In this document: positions 29,550-39,602 of the stretch, piece after piece | Numbering within the stretch: the first letter of the stretch is position 1 | Layout: each line of letters opens with the position of its first letter | NCBI GenBank assembly: GCA_963753595.1 | Contig: CAVWCX010000001.1 | Location: forward strand, 151,797-215,796 | Source of the DNA: Candidatus Methanoperedenaceae archaeon | GTDB lineage: Archaea > Halobacteriota > Methanosarcinia > Methanosarcinales > Methanoperedenaceae | Length of the DNA stretch: 64,000 nt | Direction of reading: 5' to 3' | Notes under the pieces: generated by a model | The model's database searches: none | Told to the model about the DNA's origin: nothing | What the model saw: the letters and a program-made list of their open reading frames with translations, nothing else | Translations under genes and position numbers: made by a program

Positions 29550-29956
29550 AATTCTTATTGGATACTAATATTTGCATATATCTTTTAAATGGAAATGAAA
29601 TATTGAAAAAGAAAATAGGCGAAATTGGTATTTATTCTCTTTCTATATCAAATGCAACTCTTGCAGAACTATATTTTGGAGCATATAATTCCCGGAATGT
29701 AAGTGCCAATATAAGAAGAATTGAAACTTTCAAAAAGAATTTGATAATCTATTCAGACAGTGATGCTTCTGCAGAAGCATTTGGACGATTTAAATCAAAA
29801 TTAAAGGCGCAGGGGGAGATCATTGAAGATTTTGATATTTTGATTGCCAGTATTGCATATGCAAATGAATGCATTCTTGTCACTAACAATCCGATTCATT
29901 TTGAAAGAATAGATGAAATAAAGATTGAAAACTGGATGGAAAAGGATAGAAGTTGA
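29546..29956 (+). CDS. vapC: VapC PIN-domain toxin
   Basis: LLDTNICI, AELYFG, FDILIASIA, LVTNN...HFERI. Confidence 0.92.
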   Translation: MKFLLDTNICIYLLNGNEILKKKIGEIGIYSLSISNATLAELYFGAYNSRNVSANIRRIETFKKNLIIYSDSDASAEAFGRFKSKLKAQGEIIEDFDILIASIAYANECILVTNNPIHFERIDEIKIENWMEKDRS

Positions 29957-30262
29957 AAAAAAAGTTCCATCGGTCTTCTGCTCAGAGAAAAATCATGACA
30001 TAGAAAACGGATGGGGCGGATACGGACGGATCAACCAACCGGCGCCTTGCTGAGATAACAGATTAAAGATCATATCACAGTGAACGCAGATACTAAATCA
30101 CATTCCGGCGCAAATACATCTCGTAAAAAGCATCCCTGCTTTTCGTTCTTTACAGTGAAAAGCGTGAAATATTTATCAACATTTTAATATAATTATTCCG
30201 GGCGCGCAGACATGTTCCCGAAGCAGCCGACATGGATCAAATCCAGAGCAAAAGTCTACCTG

Positions 30263-30366
30263 GGCAGGATGAACAGGATCTACAGGATACGATTTTATTG
30301 AAAAATCCTGTCGATCCGGTCAAAAAAAAAGTAATGTCTCTTTGAAAACCATTTGTTTTCAGAGCT
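30263..30366. repeat. ACAGGAT-periodic palindrome, copy 2
   Basis: ggcaggatgaacaggatctacaggat...atcctgtcgatccggtcaaaa...gtaatgtctctttgaaaacc. Confidence 0.85.
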
Positions 30367-30401
30367 TTTCCAATGCATTTTTGACAAGGTTTAATTAAAT
30401 C

Positions 30402-30550
30402 CGCTCTAATTGGCATGTGAAATGTCTGATGACCGGCGGCGCAGGTTAAAATTCAAAACCACCATTGAGTTCAAAAAAATCTTTGGGCTACAGTTTTCAA
30501 GGGGCATCCCGTCGGTCGATCATTTTATCGGGGCTTCTGTTACCCGTATT
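30402..30550 (+). repeat. ~150-bp direct repeat, copy 2, containing a (V/M)KCLMTGGAG remnant
   Basis: Colinear with 29023-29179. Confidence 0.85.
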
Positions 30551-30588
30551 TTCGGGATAATAATTTACAGAATAATTCTTATTTTGAA

Positions 30589-30643
30589 CAGGATAATCCG
30601 TATCCTGAGCTGGTTTACAGCAAAGACAGGGTATGGATTTTCA
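30589..30643 (+). repeat. Duplicate of the 3' end of the GT-C gene (28041-28095)
   Basis: 48 of 55 nt identical by manual alignment. Confidence 0.85.
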
Positions 30644-30748
30644 GGGTAAATTCTAGAATTAATTAAATTTAACAAAAATCAATAAGAATCTCTATTTTAA
30701 AAAAAACTAACAATTGAAATAATACCGGAATGATCGGCTTTTTGTGCT

Positions 30749-32059
30749 TCAACGCAAGAGCGACGCAATACTCCTAGCAACATCATTTTCTGATGAACCC
30801 GACATATCAAGAGAGCCAGTCGATTCTGCTGGGGCACCTTCTCTTTCCCAAACGCGATTGCACGCTTCAGTCAGGGCGGAAGCGATTGACTCCGGTGTAA
30901 GGTTTTGAATGGAAATAATAGAAGATGAACCTTCAGAGAGGTTCTTATTAGCAAAGCTATTTGTAACAACCTCCAGGCCGAACGCGGCCATTTCCAGAGG
31001 TGGATAACTGGGGTGGGGGGAAATCATTATAGACAGACCCACCGAAGATCGGATTAATTCACTTGCGTATTCTTCGAGGGTCAGCTTACCTACAGAAACG
31101 AGTTTAATTCCTTTACCCAGAGGTATCTCTGGGTGTTTTTCACCGGCAGATACAATATTCCAGTTTATTGCATGGGGATACGAATTCGCCCAAATGTGCA
31201 ATCCCTGGATGATAATCTCAAATGCGTTTCTGGGAACAGAAGGGCGCCCATAAACAAATAATTGATAGGGTGAAGATCGTTTCGTCTTCTGAGCAATCTT
31301 CGCTTTTTCTAAAAGCATTGGGTTTATTGTCGGATTAAAGTGAAATTTTTGAAAAAAAGTATAACCCAGGCGCTCAAAAAATTCCTGGAGAATACTTGTA
31401 TTGAAAATTGCAACAGTGGGGACATCAGCTTTATAAGTGGATTCAGCCAGCATGTAACGTGATGACCATGGATAGAATCCGGGTTCATAATCCTGTATTA
31501 TGTAAAAAAGTGGTTTTGGTTCCAGCTTGTAATATTCCCGCTGCCAATGTATTAATGGTCGGGCTATATATGCAGTCCACCATGCTGAAGCCAGAAAAAT
31601 ATCTCCCGCAGATACATCTATTGTTATATTGTTCCTGTCATACAATTCTACAATTGAATCTTCTGTGGAATCTAAAAGAGGGGCGCTCAGGGTGTAATCC
31701 CTGAATTTTGTCTTGTCGTAATCCTTAACCAGGGCATCTATTACTAGGATGCGGGCATGTGGCACACTTACTTTGAGTTTTTCAAAAATTCGTAGTGCTG
31801 TAGAAACTCCCCCATAAGTATCCTTGAACTCTATACTCGGAATAAGAAGATTCAATCTAGTAACCTGTAATTTTGAAGGTCTTGGTACAATTGGTGTAAT
31901 CTCAGGGATATTAAAAGCCTCTACTCCACACGGTTCTGGAATTAAATATTTTCCAAAATAACGCCTTGTTAATTCAAATAGAGTCATTGATATTAACGCT
32001 TTAATACCATAATGCTTCCAGTAAGAAAAGACTTTATGCAAGAAATAACTATAATTCAT
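30749..32059 (-). CDS. WsaF-like rhamnosyltransferase (GT-B)
   Basis: YGGVSTA, ASAWWTAY, YIIQDYEPGFY, YGRPSVPRNAF, SPHPSYPPLEMAAFG. Confidence 0.8.
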   Translation of the reverse strand: MNYSYFLHKVFSYWKHYGIKALISMTLFELTRRYFGKYLIPEPCGVEAFNIPEITPIVPRPSKLQVTRLNLLIPSIEFKDTYGGVSTALRIFEKLKVSVPHARILVIDALVKDYDKTKFRDYTLSAPLLDSTEDSIVELYDRNNITIDVSAGDIFLASAWWTAYIARPLIHWQREYYKLEPKPLFYIIQDYEPGFYPWSSRYMLAESTYKADVPTVAIFNTSILQEFFERLGYTFFQKFHFNPTINPMLLEKAKIAQKTKRSSPYQLFVYGRPSVPRNAFEIIIQGLHIWANSYPHAINWNIVSAGEKHPEIPLGKGIKLVSVGKLTLEEYASELIRSSVGLSIMISPHPSYPPLEMAAFGLEVVTNSFANKNLSEGSSSIISIQNLTPESIASALTEACNRVWEREGAPAESTGSLDMSGSSENDVARSIASLLR

Positions 32060-32073
32060 TATATATCAAACCC

Positions 32074-35000
32074 TTATGTTTTTTTAGATACACTTTTTAG
32101 AATCTCCTGGGCAAATTCAATTGTTTCTTTCTCCCCAAGCATCCTTATACTTGGTATTGTATTCCAGAGTGAAAGGTTTATATTATAATATGGATCTCTT
32201 TTTTTAAGAAAATGTTCATAGTATTCATAAGATAGTATAAAATCTTGAGGAGGAATATATTTATTTCTGGTTGATGCCTCGTGGTGTACCAACTTCGCAA
32301 ATGGTGTACAAACTGTACGGTATCCTTTTTTCCCAATGCGAAGACATAATTCCACATCACTACCCATGAGTATAAATGATTCGCTAAAACCTCCAGCCTC
32401 TTCAAATACCTTTTTCCTAATCATCATACAAGCCCCGGTGACCGCAAGGTAATCTCGATACCATTCTGTAGATCCAAATGGGCCATTAAAGTTATCCTTT
32501 GCTCCTGCGAATGGATGCCCGGCAAAACCCTGCATACCAAGTATTACTCCAGCGTGTTGAATAGTATTATCCGGCTTCAATAATTTAGCCCCCACAACAC
32601 CGATTTCATCCTGCTGTATCCAGCCAGCCATTTCCTCAAGCCAGTCTGATGTAATGACTTCAGTATCATCATTTAAAAATAGCAGTATTTCACCGGTAGC
32701 ATACTTTTCTCCAAGATTATTTACTGCAGAATAATTGAATTGTTTATTATAATTTATTATTTTTATTTTAGTATTTATAGAGATTTTATTATTATATGCA
32801 AGACTTTCCGGTTCTTTGCTTCCTGTATCAATAATAATTATTTCAAAATTTTGATATGATGATTTGTTTAAAATTGACTCCACACATGGTTTCAGCTTAT
32901 TGATATTATCTTTAGTGGGGATAATAATTGAGATTTTGTCTTTATCCTTAATGGCCCATTTTATTCTCCAGATACCCGGCGGAATCAATATTAACTCAGC
33001 TGACTTACCAAGACGCTTTAAATGATTATGTAATACGTTTCGCTGAGCGTCAAAGATATACGGTTTTGCAGTCGATCCCGCCAATGCACAGGATGTTTCT
33101 GATTCCCTCCAATGATATAATATCTTAGAAATGTGATGTATTTTATTAGTATTTTCCATCACCCTCATGAATAATTCCCAATCTTGAGCGCCGTCGGTGT
33201 CTGATAAAAACCCTCCCATTTTATCAACAAGACTCTTCCTTATAACGCACAGGTGAGTCAGGTAGTTAGTTGAGAGCATGATTTCGGGCGACCAATCAGG
33301 TTTGAAAAGGGGTTGAAGTCGCTGCTTTCCGTCTTCTGAAATAATATCTTTATCCGAATAAATAAAATCCAATTCTGGTTCTTGATTGAGTGTTGTTACC
33401 ATTTCAAATAAAGCAAAAGGTGCGAGTAAATCATCATGATCTAATAACGAAACAAATTCTCCCTTCGCAATTTGAAGCGCCTTATTTGAATTACCTGAAA
33501 TTCCCAGGTTTTGATCCAGGAAATTAACGTGAATTCGTTTATCTATTTGTGAAAAATCTGTGAGAATATTTTTTAATTCTTCACCTTTGGAATTCCCATC
33601 GACAATACATAGTTCCCAATTATCATATGTCTGTTTCAAAACTGATTGTATAGTTTCTTTAAGTATATTTGGCGTTGTATTATATACTGGAGTTATTATA
33701 CTTATAAGAGGCCTATAATTAAATTTCTTTGCATCGACCCTTTGTTGCTTAAGTTCATCCTCATTGGGTTCATTACAAGATATCCAAATTTCATAAAGGT
33801 TTTTATTTTTGATAGATGATATTGCTTGAAAATTAATAGTACCCTGAAGTTTTTTGTCATTATGATAAAGATCAATTTTTGTGGATATTTGATCTGGATC
33901 ATACCATACTGCTGCACTTGGTTTTCCAGTAGATTTTATTTCGAAATAAAAAATCTTTCCTTTACTATCATTTATTGGTTTAAATTTAAAAGATGTATAA
34001 GCATTATCCAGAATGTTCTGTCCCGGAATCTTAACTCTTCTTAGAACATCTCCATTTTCAGAACTTAGACGTAATATGAACGATATATCAGCATTTTTAC
34101 GCTGATAAGTGGTTGTTATTATCCTTATCTCAGTAAGTTGGTCAATACTTGACTGAAATATACCGTAAATTTTTTTTTCCAATGAGAGGGGTGAAACAAA
34201 GGCTCCTTTAATTTCAAGAATTGGAACATAACTCGTTTTTGTGTCATTGTTTTTGTTATGTAAGAATCGAAGGCTTTTATTCAAAAAGGCTGACAACCCT
34301 TCATTAACAATTGTTCTAAGTGACATTAATCCAAAATCATAGCAACGCCTGCGTCTGGTTTTTCCTGGAAAAAAGATTTCGACTAGATTTTGAAATTTCA
34401 TTACAGTTCGCCATGTAATACTTCTATAAATATAATTTATTGTAGAGTCAAGAGATCGTATTTGAAGGTTTAATTGGTCTATTTGAGTGTTAAATTGTTT
34501 TTCTCGTTCTTTGACAGTTTCTCCAATGCCCATAAACGTCAAAGAAAGAAGCTTTTCATATTTCAAAATATTTATATTATTATTAGCTTTTTCATACGAA
34601 CTTATTCTTGGTATTATTCCACCTTTACTAATAAAATATACTTTTCTGTAAGTTGGTGGTATTGAGTCTCCCAATTCAAGGAAATTTTCATTATAAAATC
34701 TAAAAACTTCTCCTATTTGTATGCCTAGCGCAGGATTAGTGTGCGTATAAAATATAAAAGATTGCATTAAGAGCCAGTTTAGAATATTGTTGTTCTCTAT
34801 GAAATAAAAATTATAACCTTTATCTTGTAGAAATTTTTCCAGTTCATTTCTTTTTGGCAAACCATTTGCTATATGCTCAGCTAACCACATATGTTCAATA
34901 TCAGTAAGTTTGCGATAAAATTCATTCGCCTTTATCTCAGCATCATATACTTCTTCCGAGTAAAAGGGCGCCGCCAATATAATAAAATTCTTAGTGAGTC

Positions 35001-35331
35001 TTAGCATTTCGGATAATGCTGTTAACCGTGAATTCGGAGACAAATGTTCGTACAAATCAGAAGAAACAACAAAATCGAATAAACCATCTTTGAATGGAGC
35101 GTTTGTAATACTTCCCATGAAATAATTTTTTTCTTTAAGGTCGCTATCTCTAATATCTAATATGAACAACTCATCTTCTGCTTTAATGAACTCCCTGAGG
35201 TATCCACTCCTTCCGCCAACATCAAGAATCTTAAAACATTTATTTTTTTCCCTAATAGATTCTATTAAATCACTTATAATCTTATTCCGGGTGTATAAAT
35301 CAAAAGGCAGATTGAGTTTTTCATTTATCAT
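32074..35331 (-). CDS. Multidomain methyltransferase + coiled coil + two GT2 domains (WsaE-like)
   Basis: ILDVGGRSG; short coiled coil; ISIITPVYN...LLDHDDLL; ISIIIPTKD...FLNDDTEV...AVTGACMM. Confidence 0.88.
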   Translation of the reverse strand: MINEKLNLPFDLYTRNKIISDLIESIREKNKCFKILDVGGRSGYLREFIKAEDELFILDIRDSDLKEKNYFMGSITNAPFKDGLFDFVVSSDLYEHLSPNSRLTALSEMLRLTKNFIILAAPFYSEEVYDAEIKANEFYRKLTDIEHMWLAEHIANGLPKRNELEKFLQDKGYNFYFIENNNILNWLLMQSFIFYTHTNPALGIQIGEVFRFYNENFLELGDSIPPTYRKVYFISKGGIIPRISSYEKANNNINILKYEKLLSLTFMGIGETVKEREKQFNTQIDQLNLQIRSLDSTINYIYRSITWRTVMKFQNLVEIFFPGKTRRRRCYDFGLMSLRTIVNEGLSAFLNKSLRFLHNKNNDTKTSYVPILEIKGAFVSPLSLEKKIYGIFQSSIDQLTEIRIITTTYQRKNADISFILRLSSENGDVLRRVKIPGQNILDNAYTSFKFKPINDSKGKIFYFEIKSTGKPSAAVWYDPDQISTKIDLYHNDKKLQGTINFQAISSIKNKNLYEIWISCNEPNEDELKQQRVDAKKFNYRPLISIITPVYNTTPNILKETIQSVLKQTYDNWELCIVDGNSKGEELKNILTDFSQIDKRIHVNFLDQNLGISGNSNKALQIAKGEFVSLLDHDDLLAPFALFEMVTTLNQEPELDFIYSDKDIISEDGKQRLQPLFKPDWSPEIMLSTNYLTHLCVIRKSLVDKMGGFLSDTDGAQDWELFMRVMENTNKIHHISKILYHWRESETSCALAGSTAKPYIFDAQRNVLHNHLKRLGKSAELILIPPGIWRIKWAIKDKDKISIIIPTKDNINKLKPCVESILNKSSYQNFEIIIIDTGSKEPESLAYNNKISINTKIKIINYNKQFNYSAVNNLGEKYATGEILLFLNDDTEVITSDWLEEMAGWIQQDEIGVVGAKLLKPDNTIQHAGVILGMQGFAGHPFAGAKDNFNGPFGSTEWYRDYLAVTGACMMIRKKVFEEAGGFSESFILMGSDVELCLRIGKKGYRTVCTPFAKLVHHEASTRNKYIPPQDFILSYEYYEHFLKKRDPYYNINLSLWNTIPSIRMLGEKETIEFAQEILKSVSKKT

Positions 35332-35449
35332 GATTCATTCTAATTTTAATCCATTTAATAAATTTATTTAAGCTTAATTCCTTTTTTATCTTATAAAGTC
35401 ATTTTTATTTTATTTTGATATAAATTTCAACAAACATTAAGGAATATAG

Positions 35450-36700
35450 TCAAAGTAGTTTCCATTTTGATTTAGTATATATTAATCCATACTCTTCAAT
35501 TGAATTATCAAACACCTCAAAATAAAATCTTCTATCCTGATAGTCAATTGCTATATAATTTCCATCTAAAAATTCAAAAATTCCAGCCGATACGACATAT
35601 AATCCTTTCAACAGAGGTAAACTATCGATTGAGTATTCAATTATTCCTTCTCCTTCTATGGAGGGTATCGGAAATTTATGAACACGTGTATTTGGACCAA
35701 TGATCAATAGTCCATCATTTCTGTGGATCGCAAAACCAAATATGGGATCCTTAATTTTCTTGTGAGAAAAATATTTGATTTTTGCAGTAAATTTTTTATT
35801 AGTCAAGAATTTCTTAGTTTCATTACCATCTTCATCATACATTTTAACGTCGGTTATTCTTGCAACAGATGAAATATGCCTTTCTTCTTTGGACTTATCC
35901 CCGAACCTCTCTTCCAGCTTCTTCTCTTCAATTGCACGCAATTTCGTATTATAATGATCCATCACATCTTTAGAAAACCCACTCTTTTCCATGGAACCAC
36001 TTGATAACAATAATGCAGTCTTACACATATCAGTAATTGACTGCGATGCATGAGAAACAAGAATGATGGTCTTATTATTTGAAATAAATTCATCCATTTT
36101 ATCCTTGCATTTCCTCTGGAAAGCCGCATCCCCTACCGACAAAACCTCATCGATCAGCAAAATATCCGGGTCTGTCGCCACTGCAGTCGCAAACGCCAGC
36201 CGCGCGTACATCCCGCTTGAAAAATTCTTAAGCTTCATGTTCCTGAATCTGGGAAGCTCGGCGAACTCGAATATCTCCTCGAATTTATCTTCCATCTCCT
36301 TTTTCGACATCCCCATGATCGCGCCGTAGAGCCGGACATTGTCCTCTGCTGTTAGTTCAGGGTTGAAGCCAACGCCAAGTTCCAGGAAGGGAGCAATTTT
36401 CCCATTCACTTTGACAGAACCTGAGTCGGGGGTGAGTACACCTGCAATGATCTTTAATAAAGTGCTTTTTCCGCTTCCGTTCTCGCCAATTATGCCTAAG
36501 GTCTCGCCTTTTTTTACTGTGAAGCTTACGTCTTTTACTGCCCAGAATTCCTCGTATGTTGAGGTTGTACCTTTGAGAGCGCCGGTGATGTGTTCGAAAA
36601 GCTTTGTTTTCTTCTCGTGGGGGATGCGAAAGTGCTTGGAGACGTTGCTGACTATGATCGCGTCTTCGGAAGGTTGTTTGGGGGTCTGGAGGTCGAACAT
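35450..36700 (-). CDS. wzt: Polysaccharide ABC exporter ATPase with a C-terminal carbohydrate-binding (Wzt_C) domain
   Basis: GENGSGKST, FSSGMYARLAF, ILLIDE, C-terminal beta domain. Confidence 0.92.
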   Translation of the reverse strand: MFDLQTPKQPSEDAIIVSNVSKHFRIPHEKKTKLFEHITGALKGTTSTYEEFWAVKDVSFTVKKGETLGIIGENGSGKSTLLKIIAGVLTPDSGSVKVNGKIAPFLELGVGFNPELTAEDNVRLYGAIMGMSKKEMEDKFEEIFEFAELPRFRNMKLKNFSSGMYARLAFATAVATDPDILLIDEVLSVGDAAFQRKCKDKMDEFISNNKTIILVSHASQSITDMCKTALLLSSGSMEKSGFSKDVMDHYNTKLRAIEEKKLEERFGDKSKEERHISSVARITDVKMYDEDGNETKKFLTNKKFTAKIKYFSHKKIKDPIFGFAIHRNDGLLIIGPNTRVHKFPIPSIEGEGIIEYSIDSLPLLKGLYVVSAGIFEFLDGNYIAIDYQDRRFYFEVFDNSIEEYGLIYTKSKWKLL

Positions 36701-36714
36701 ATTTCCTTAATGAA

Positions 36715-36780
36715 AACAACGAACTGGTACGAACTGAAACGAACTCACGGAGTTCGTCGGGTTCGTTTTAGTTCGTTGTT
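36715..36780. repeat. Palindrome with ~10-bp-periodic arms (ACGAACT x3 / GTTCGT x3)
   Basis: aacaacgaactggtacgaactgaaacgaactc...gagttcgtcgggttcgttttagttcgttgtt. Confidence 0.9.
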
Positions 36781-37053
36781 AATTTCTAATTTATAGCTCA
36801 TGCTTATTTTAACTGTTATTCCTATCCTTTAGCATTTATTCATTTTTTATAATTGGCCATGGACGCTAATAAATATCGATGCAATAAATCTGCGGTTTGG
36901 TTTTTTCTGATTTTATTAACCATAATTTGATATCATCAGTATAAAGCTTATCTTTAATTTTCATGATAATCCTTGGAGATTTGCCTGAAAACTCAAAAGA
37001 AAAAGCCGACAACAAACCATTTTTAATAGTTCATCATATCAAGGTATTGATTT

Positions 37054-37305
37054 ATGGTCAATTGGAAAAAAATAGATCTGGAATTTGACGAGCATGCCTT
37101 TAAACATGGGATCAAAGATTATGAAATAGAGCAAATTTTTAAAGGCAAGATCTATAAAAGAAAAATTTATTTCAACAAAGAATTACGCTATCAGATAATT
37201 GGCAGTGCATTTGGCAGACTCATAATGGTTATAGCAGCATCGTTAGGCGGAAACAAACTTAAAGTCTTTAGTGCAAGGATAGCTTCTGAATACAAAGAGA
37301 TATAA
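37054..37305 (+). CDS. BrnT-like toxin
   Basis: KHGI...EIEQIF...RYQIIG...GRLIMV...VFSARIA. Confidence 0.7.
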   Translation: MVNWKKIDLEFDEHAFKHGIKDYEIEQIFKGKIYKRKIYFNKELRYQIIGSAFGRLIMVIAASLGGNKLKVFSARIASEYKEI

Positions 37306-37328
37306 GATTACAAGGCGAAATGAATATT

Positions 37329-37499
37329 ATGAAAGCTAAGAGATATGAAGGAAAAGATGAGGACGATCTCCTTAAGCTTATTGATGAGGATCCGGATAAA
37401 TTCCAGAGATGGGAAGGCCCTATCGAAGCAAATTTGAGCTCAGTACGTTATCCACCAAAGAAAAAAATTATAAGAAAAATTCGTCCAACGAATAAATAA
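37329..37499 (+). CDS. Small (56 aa) putative antitoxin partner, not in the ORF track
   Basis: MKAKRYEGKDEDDLL...RPTNK* directly after the BrnT-like gene. Confidence 0.45.
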   Translation: MKAKRYEGKDEDDLLKLIDEDPDKFQRWEGPIEANLSSVRYPPKKKIIRKIRPTNK

Positions 37500-37620
37500 A
37501 CCAATTCTGCCTGTATTCACAGTTTTTTTAGAAGGGATTGTCCCAAGAACCCATCCCCCTTACTTCGAACTTATCCCACAGCACCCATTGTCAGCGGAAC
37601 AACCCGCCACCTCATTTGTA

Positions 37621-37664
37621 AGCCTTGCGTACATCTCGCTCGAGAAGTTCTTGAGCTTCATGTT
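37621..37664 (-). pseudogene. Remnant of a wzt paralogue
   Basis: Encodes NMKLKNFSSEMYARL vs NMKLKNFSSGMYARL at 36198-36241. Confidence 0.8.
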
Positions 37665-37757
37665 AAGGTCGTTGTAACTATTTGTATAAATTTATAGTAG
37701 GTGAGCAAAAACATAATACAAATTAAAACATATATACCACTTAAAGAGGTATAAAAG

Positions 37758-38063
37758 ATGTATATCAAGAAAACAATTACATTGCCCCAGGAACTTGAAA
37801 AAGATGTGGAAAAGTACCTCATCGGAAGGCACTATTCGAATCTATCTGAAGTCATCAGGGACGGCTTGAGGAAAGTGCTCAAAGAGTACATGAAAAAAGA
37901 ATCTATAGAAGAGGCCGCAAAGCTGTACAAAAAAGAAAAAATTTCTGCGCGGCAGGCTGCAGAACTTACGGGTCTCACCTTGCGGGAGACGCTTGATGAG
38001 TTTGGCAAAAGAGGGGTATATATCCATTATGGCAAAAAGGAACTAAATGAGGACACTGCATGA
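37758..38063 (+). CDS. Ribbon-helix-helix + UPF0175 antitoxin
   Basis: TITLP...YSNLSEVIRDGLR; LYKKEKISARQAAELTGL. Confidence 0.8.
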   Translation: MYIKKTITLPQELEKDVEKYLIGRHYSNLSEVIRDGLRKVLKEYMKKESIEEAAKLYKKEKISARQAAELTGLTLRETLDEFGKRGVYIHYGKKELNEDTA

Positions 38064-38431
38064 TCGTGGTGAGCGATTCAACACCTTTAATTCACATTGC
38101 AAAAGTAGGACGCCTGGATATACTGTTCTCCCTCTATCAGGAAATTATAATCACTAAAGAAGTTTATAGAGAGGTGGTGGAAGAGGGACTGATTCTTGAA
38201 CAAAAGGATGCGGTGGTTATTAAAGAATATATTGGCAAAAGGATTCATGTAAAAAATGCCAGCTCTTCTTCCAGTTATTTAGTCGAAAAGTATTCCATCC
38301 ATAAAGGGGAGGCGGATTCCATTCAACTGGCTTTGGAGATCAATGCTCTGATTCTCATGAACGAAAGAGATGGCAGAAATGCTGCCAAAAGCGAAGGACG
38401 AAAAGTCGCTCCACAGTACCGATTCAATTAA
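38060..38431 (+). pseudogene. DUF3368-type PIN toxin, probably 3'-truncated
   Basis: VSDSTPLI, VYREV, GEADSIQLA, NERDGR; the usual GTxGIL C-terminal segment is absent. Confidence 0.7.
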
Positions 38432-38444
38432 AAAATTGATTTCA

Positions 38445-38535
38445 CACAGTATGAACAGGATATATTTATTGACAAATCCTGTCGATTCTGTCAAAAAAAT
38501 TAATAACTCTTTGAAAACTATTTGTTTTCAGAGCT
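38445..38535. repeat. ACAGGAT-periodic palindrome, copy 3 (degenerate)
   Basis: acagtatgaacaggat...aaatcctgtcgattctgtcaaaa...ctctttgaaaactatttgttttcagagct matches copy 2. Confidence 0.8.
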
Positions 38536-38789
38536 CTTCTTCACGGTTTATGAATTGTTGAACCATGATAATATTATCGTATTGCAACTATATATGGGCT
38601 TCCAGACAAGTCCTGCTGCACACTCTTATTTCTTCTTCCAATGCAGGGATGGATTGCGTCCCATTCAAGAAATGATTTAATGCTAAATCCCGCCAGAGGC
38701 GGCGCTTCCATTGGGGTCTGGGGTCGCAACCCCGGCGCCCGTTATTGCAATTGAAAGTATCCTGTTTATTCTTTGAGTATCCGGAACAA

Positions 38790-39551
38790 CTACACCTCTT
38801 CTGCAAATCTGGGGGACAGCTTTCGAAACAACCACGAACCGAAGAAGAACATAATGATCCCGAACAGCAACACCAGGCCGAAATCACTAAATCCCGGCAG
38901 TCTTCCATATAAGAGAGTATCCCTGTACATTTCGATCAGCCTTGTGATGGGGTTCAGCATGTAATAAACCTTGTACTTCTCAGGGATCAATGAAATCGGG
39001 TAAACGATTGGAGACAAAAAGAACCCTATCTGCAGAAGAACTTCCCATATCTGGTTGATGTCCCTGTAATAGACGTAAAGCGAAGCGAGCGAAAGTGCGA
39101 TACCATACACTATCAGGAAATACAGGACATGGAGAGCAGGGAACAGGAGGATCGTGGCCGACAGACCCACGCCGAATATGATCAAAAGGGGTATCAGAAC
39201 CAGGAATTCAAGGAGAGAGCTGACCAATGCAGACAGCACAACGCTGATGGTGAGTATCTCGCGGGGTATGTAGATCTTTGTAACAAGACTTGATCTTCCC
39301 ACGATAGAGGACATGGCCATTGACGTACCAAGGGCAAAAAATCTCCAGCCTGTCAGGCCTATGAGAATATACAGCGCAAAATGCTCCTGGTTATTGTGGA
39401 AGACGTTGTTGAAAACCAGATAAAGAACGAGCATCATCAAAAGAGGATTCAGCATAGACCAGACAAAACCAAGGGCTGAATTTGAATATTTTGTCTTAAG
39501 GTCGCTTATGACGAGATTTTTTATTAATTCTTTATATTCAAATATATACAT
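38790..39551 (-). CDS. wzm: Polysaccharide ABC exporter permease
   Basis: DLKTKYSNSALGFVWSMLNPLL; YRDI...SPIVYP...LNPI. Confidence 0.92.
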   Translation of the reverse strand: MYIFEYKELIKNLVISDLKTKYSNSALGFVWSMLNPLLMMLVLYLVFNNVFHNNQEHFALYILIGLTGWRFFALGTSMAMSSIVGRSSLVTKIYIPREILTISVVLSALVSSLLEFLVLIPLLIIFGVGLSATILLFPALHVLYFLIVYGIALSLASLYVYYRDINQIWEVLLQIGFFLSPIVYPISLIPEKYKVYYMLNPITRLIEMYRDTLLYGRLPGFSDFGLVLLFGIIMFFFGSWLFRKLSPRFAEEV

Positions 39552-39602
39552 GTTGATCCAGGATGTTAATTCAGTTCTGCTAATAATTCATAAATAATTA
39601 TT

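Noticed and set aside
30410-30649. 79-aa ORF
   Set aside because: Made of repeat and gene-remnant sequence; not a credible gene.
38588-38790. 106-aa antisense ORF and GC-rich hairpin ggggtctggggtcgcaaccccgg
   Set aside because: The ORF overlaps wzm and lacks motifs; the hairpin may be a mobile-element scar but no second end was found.
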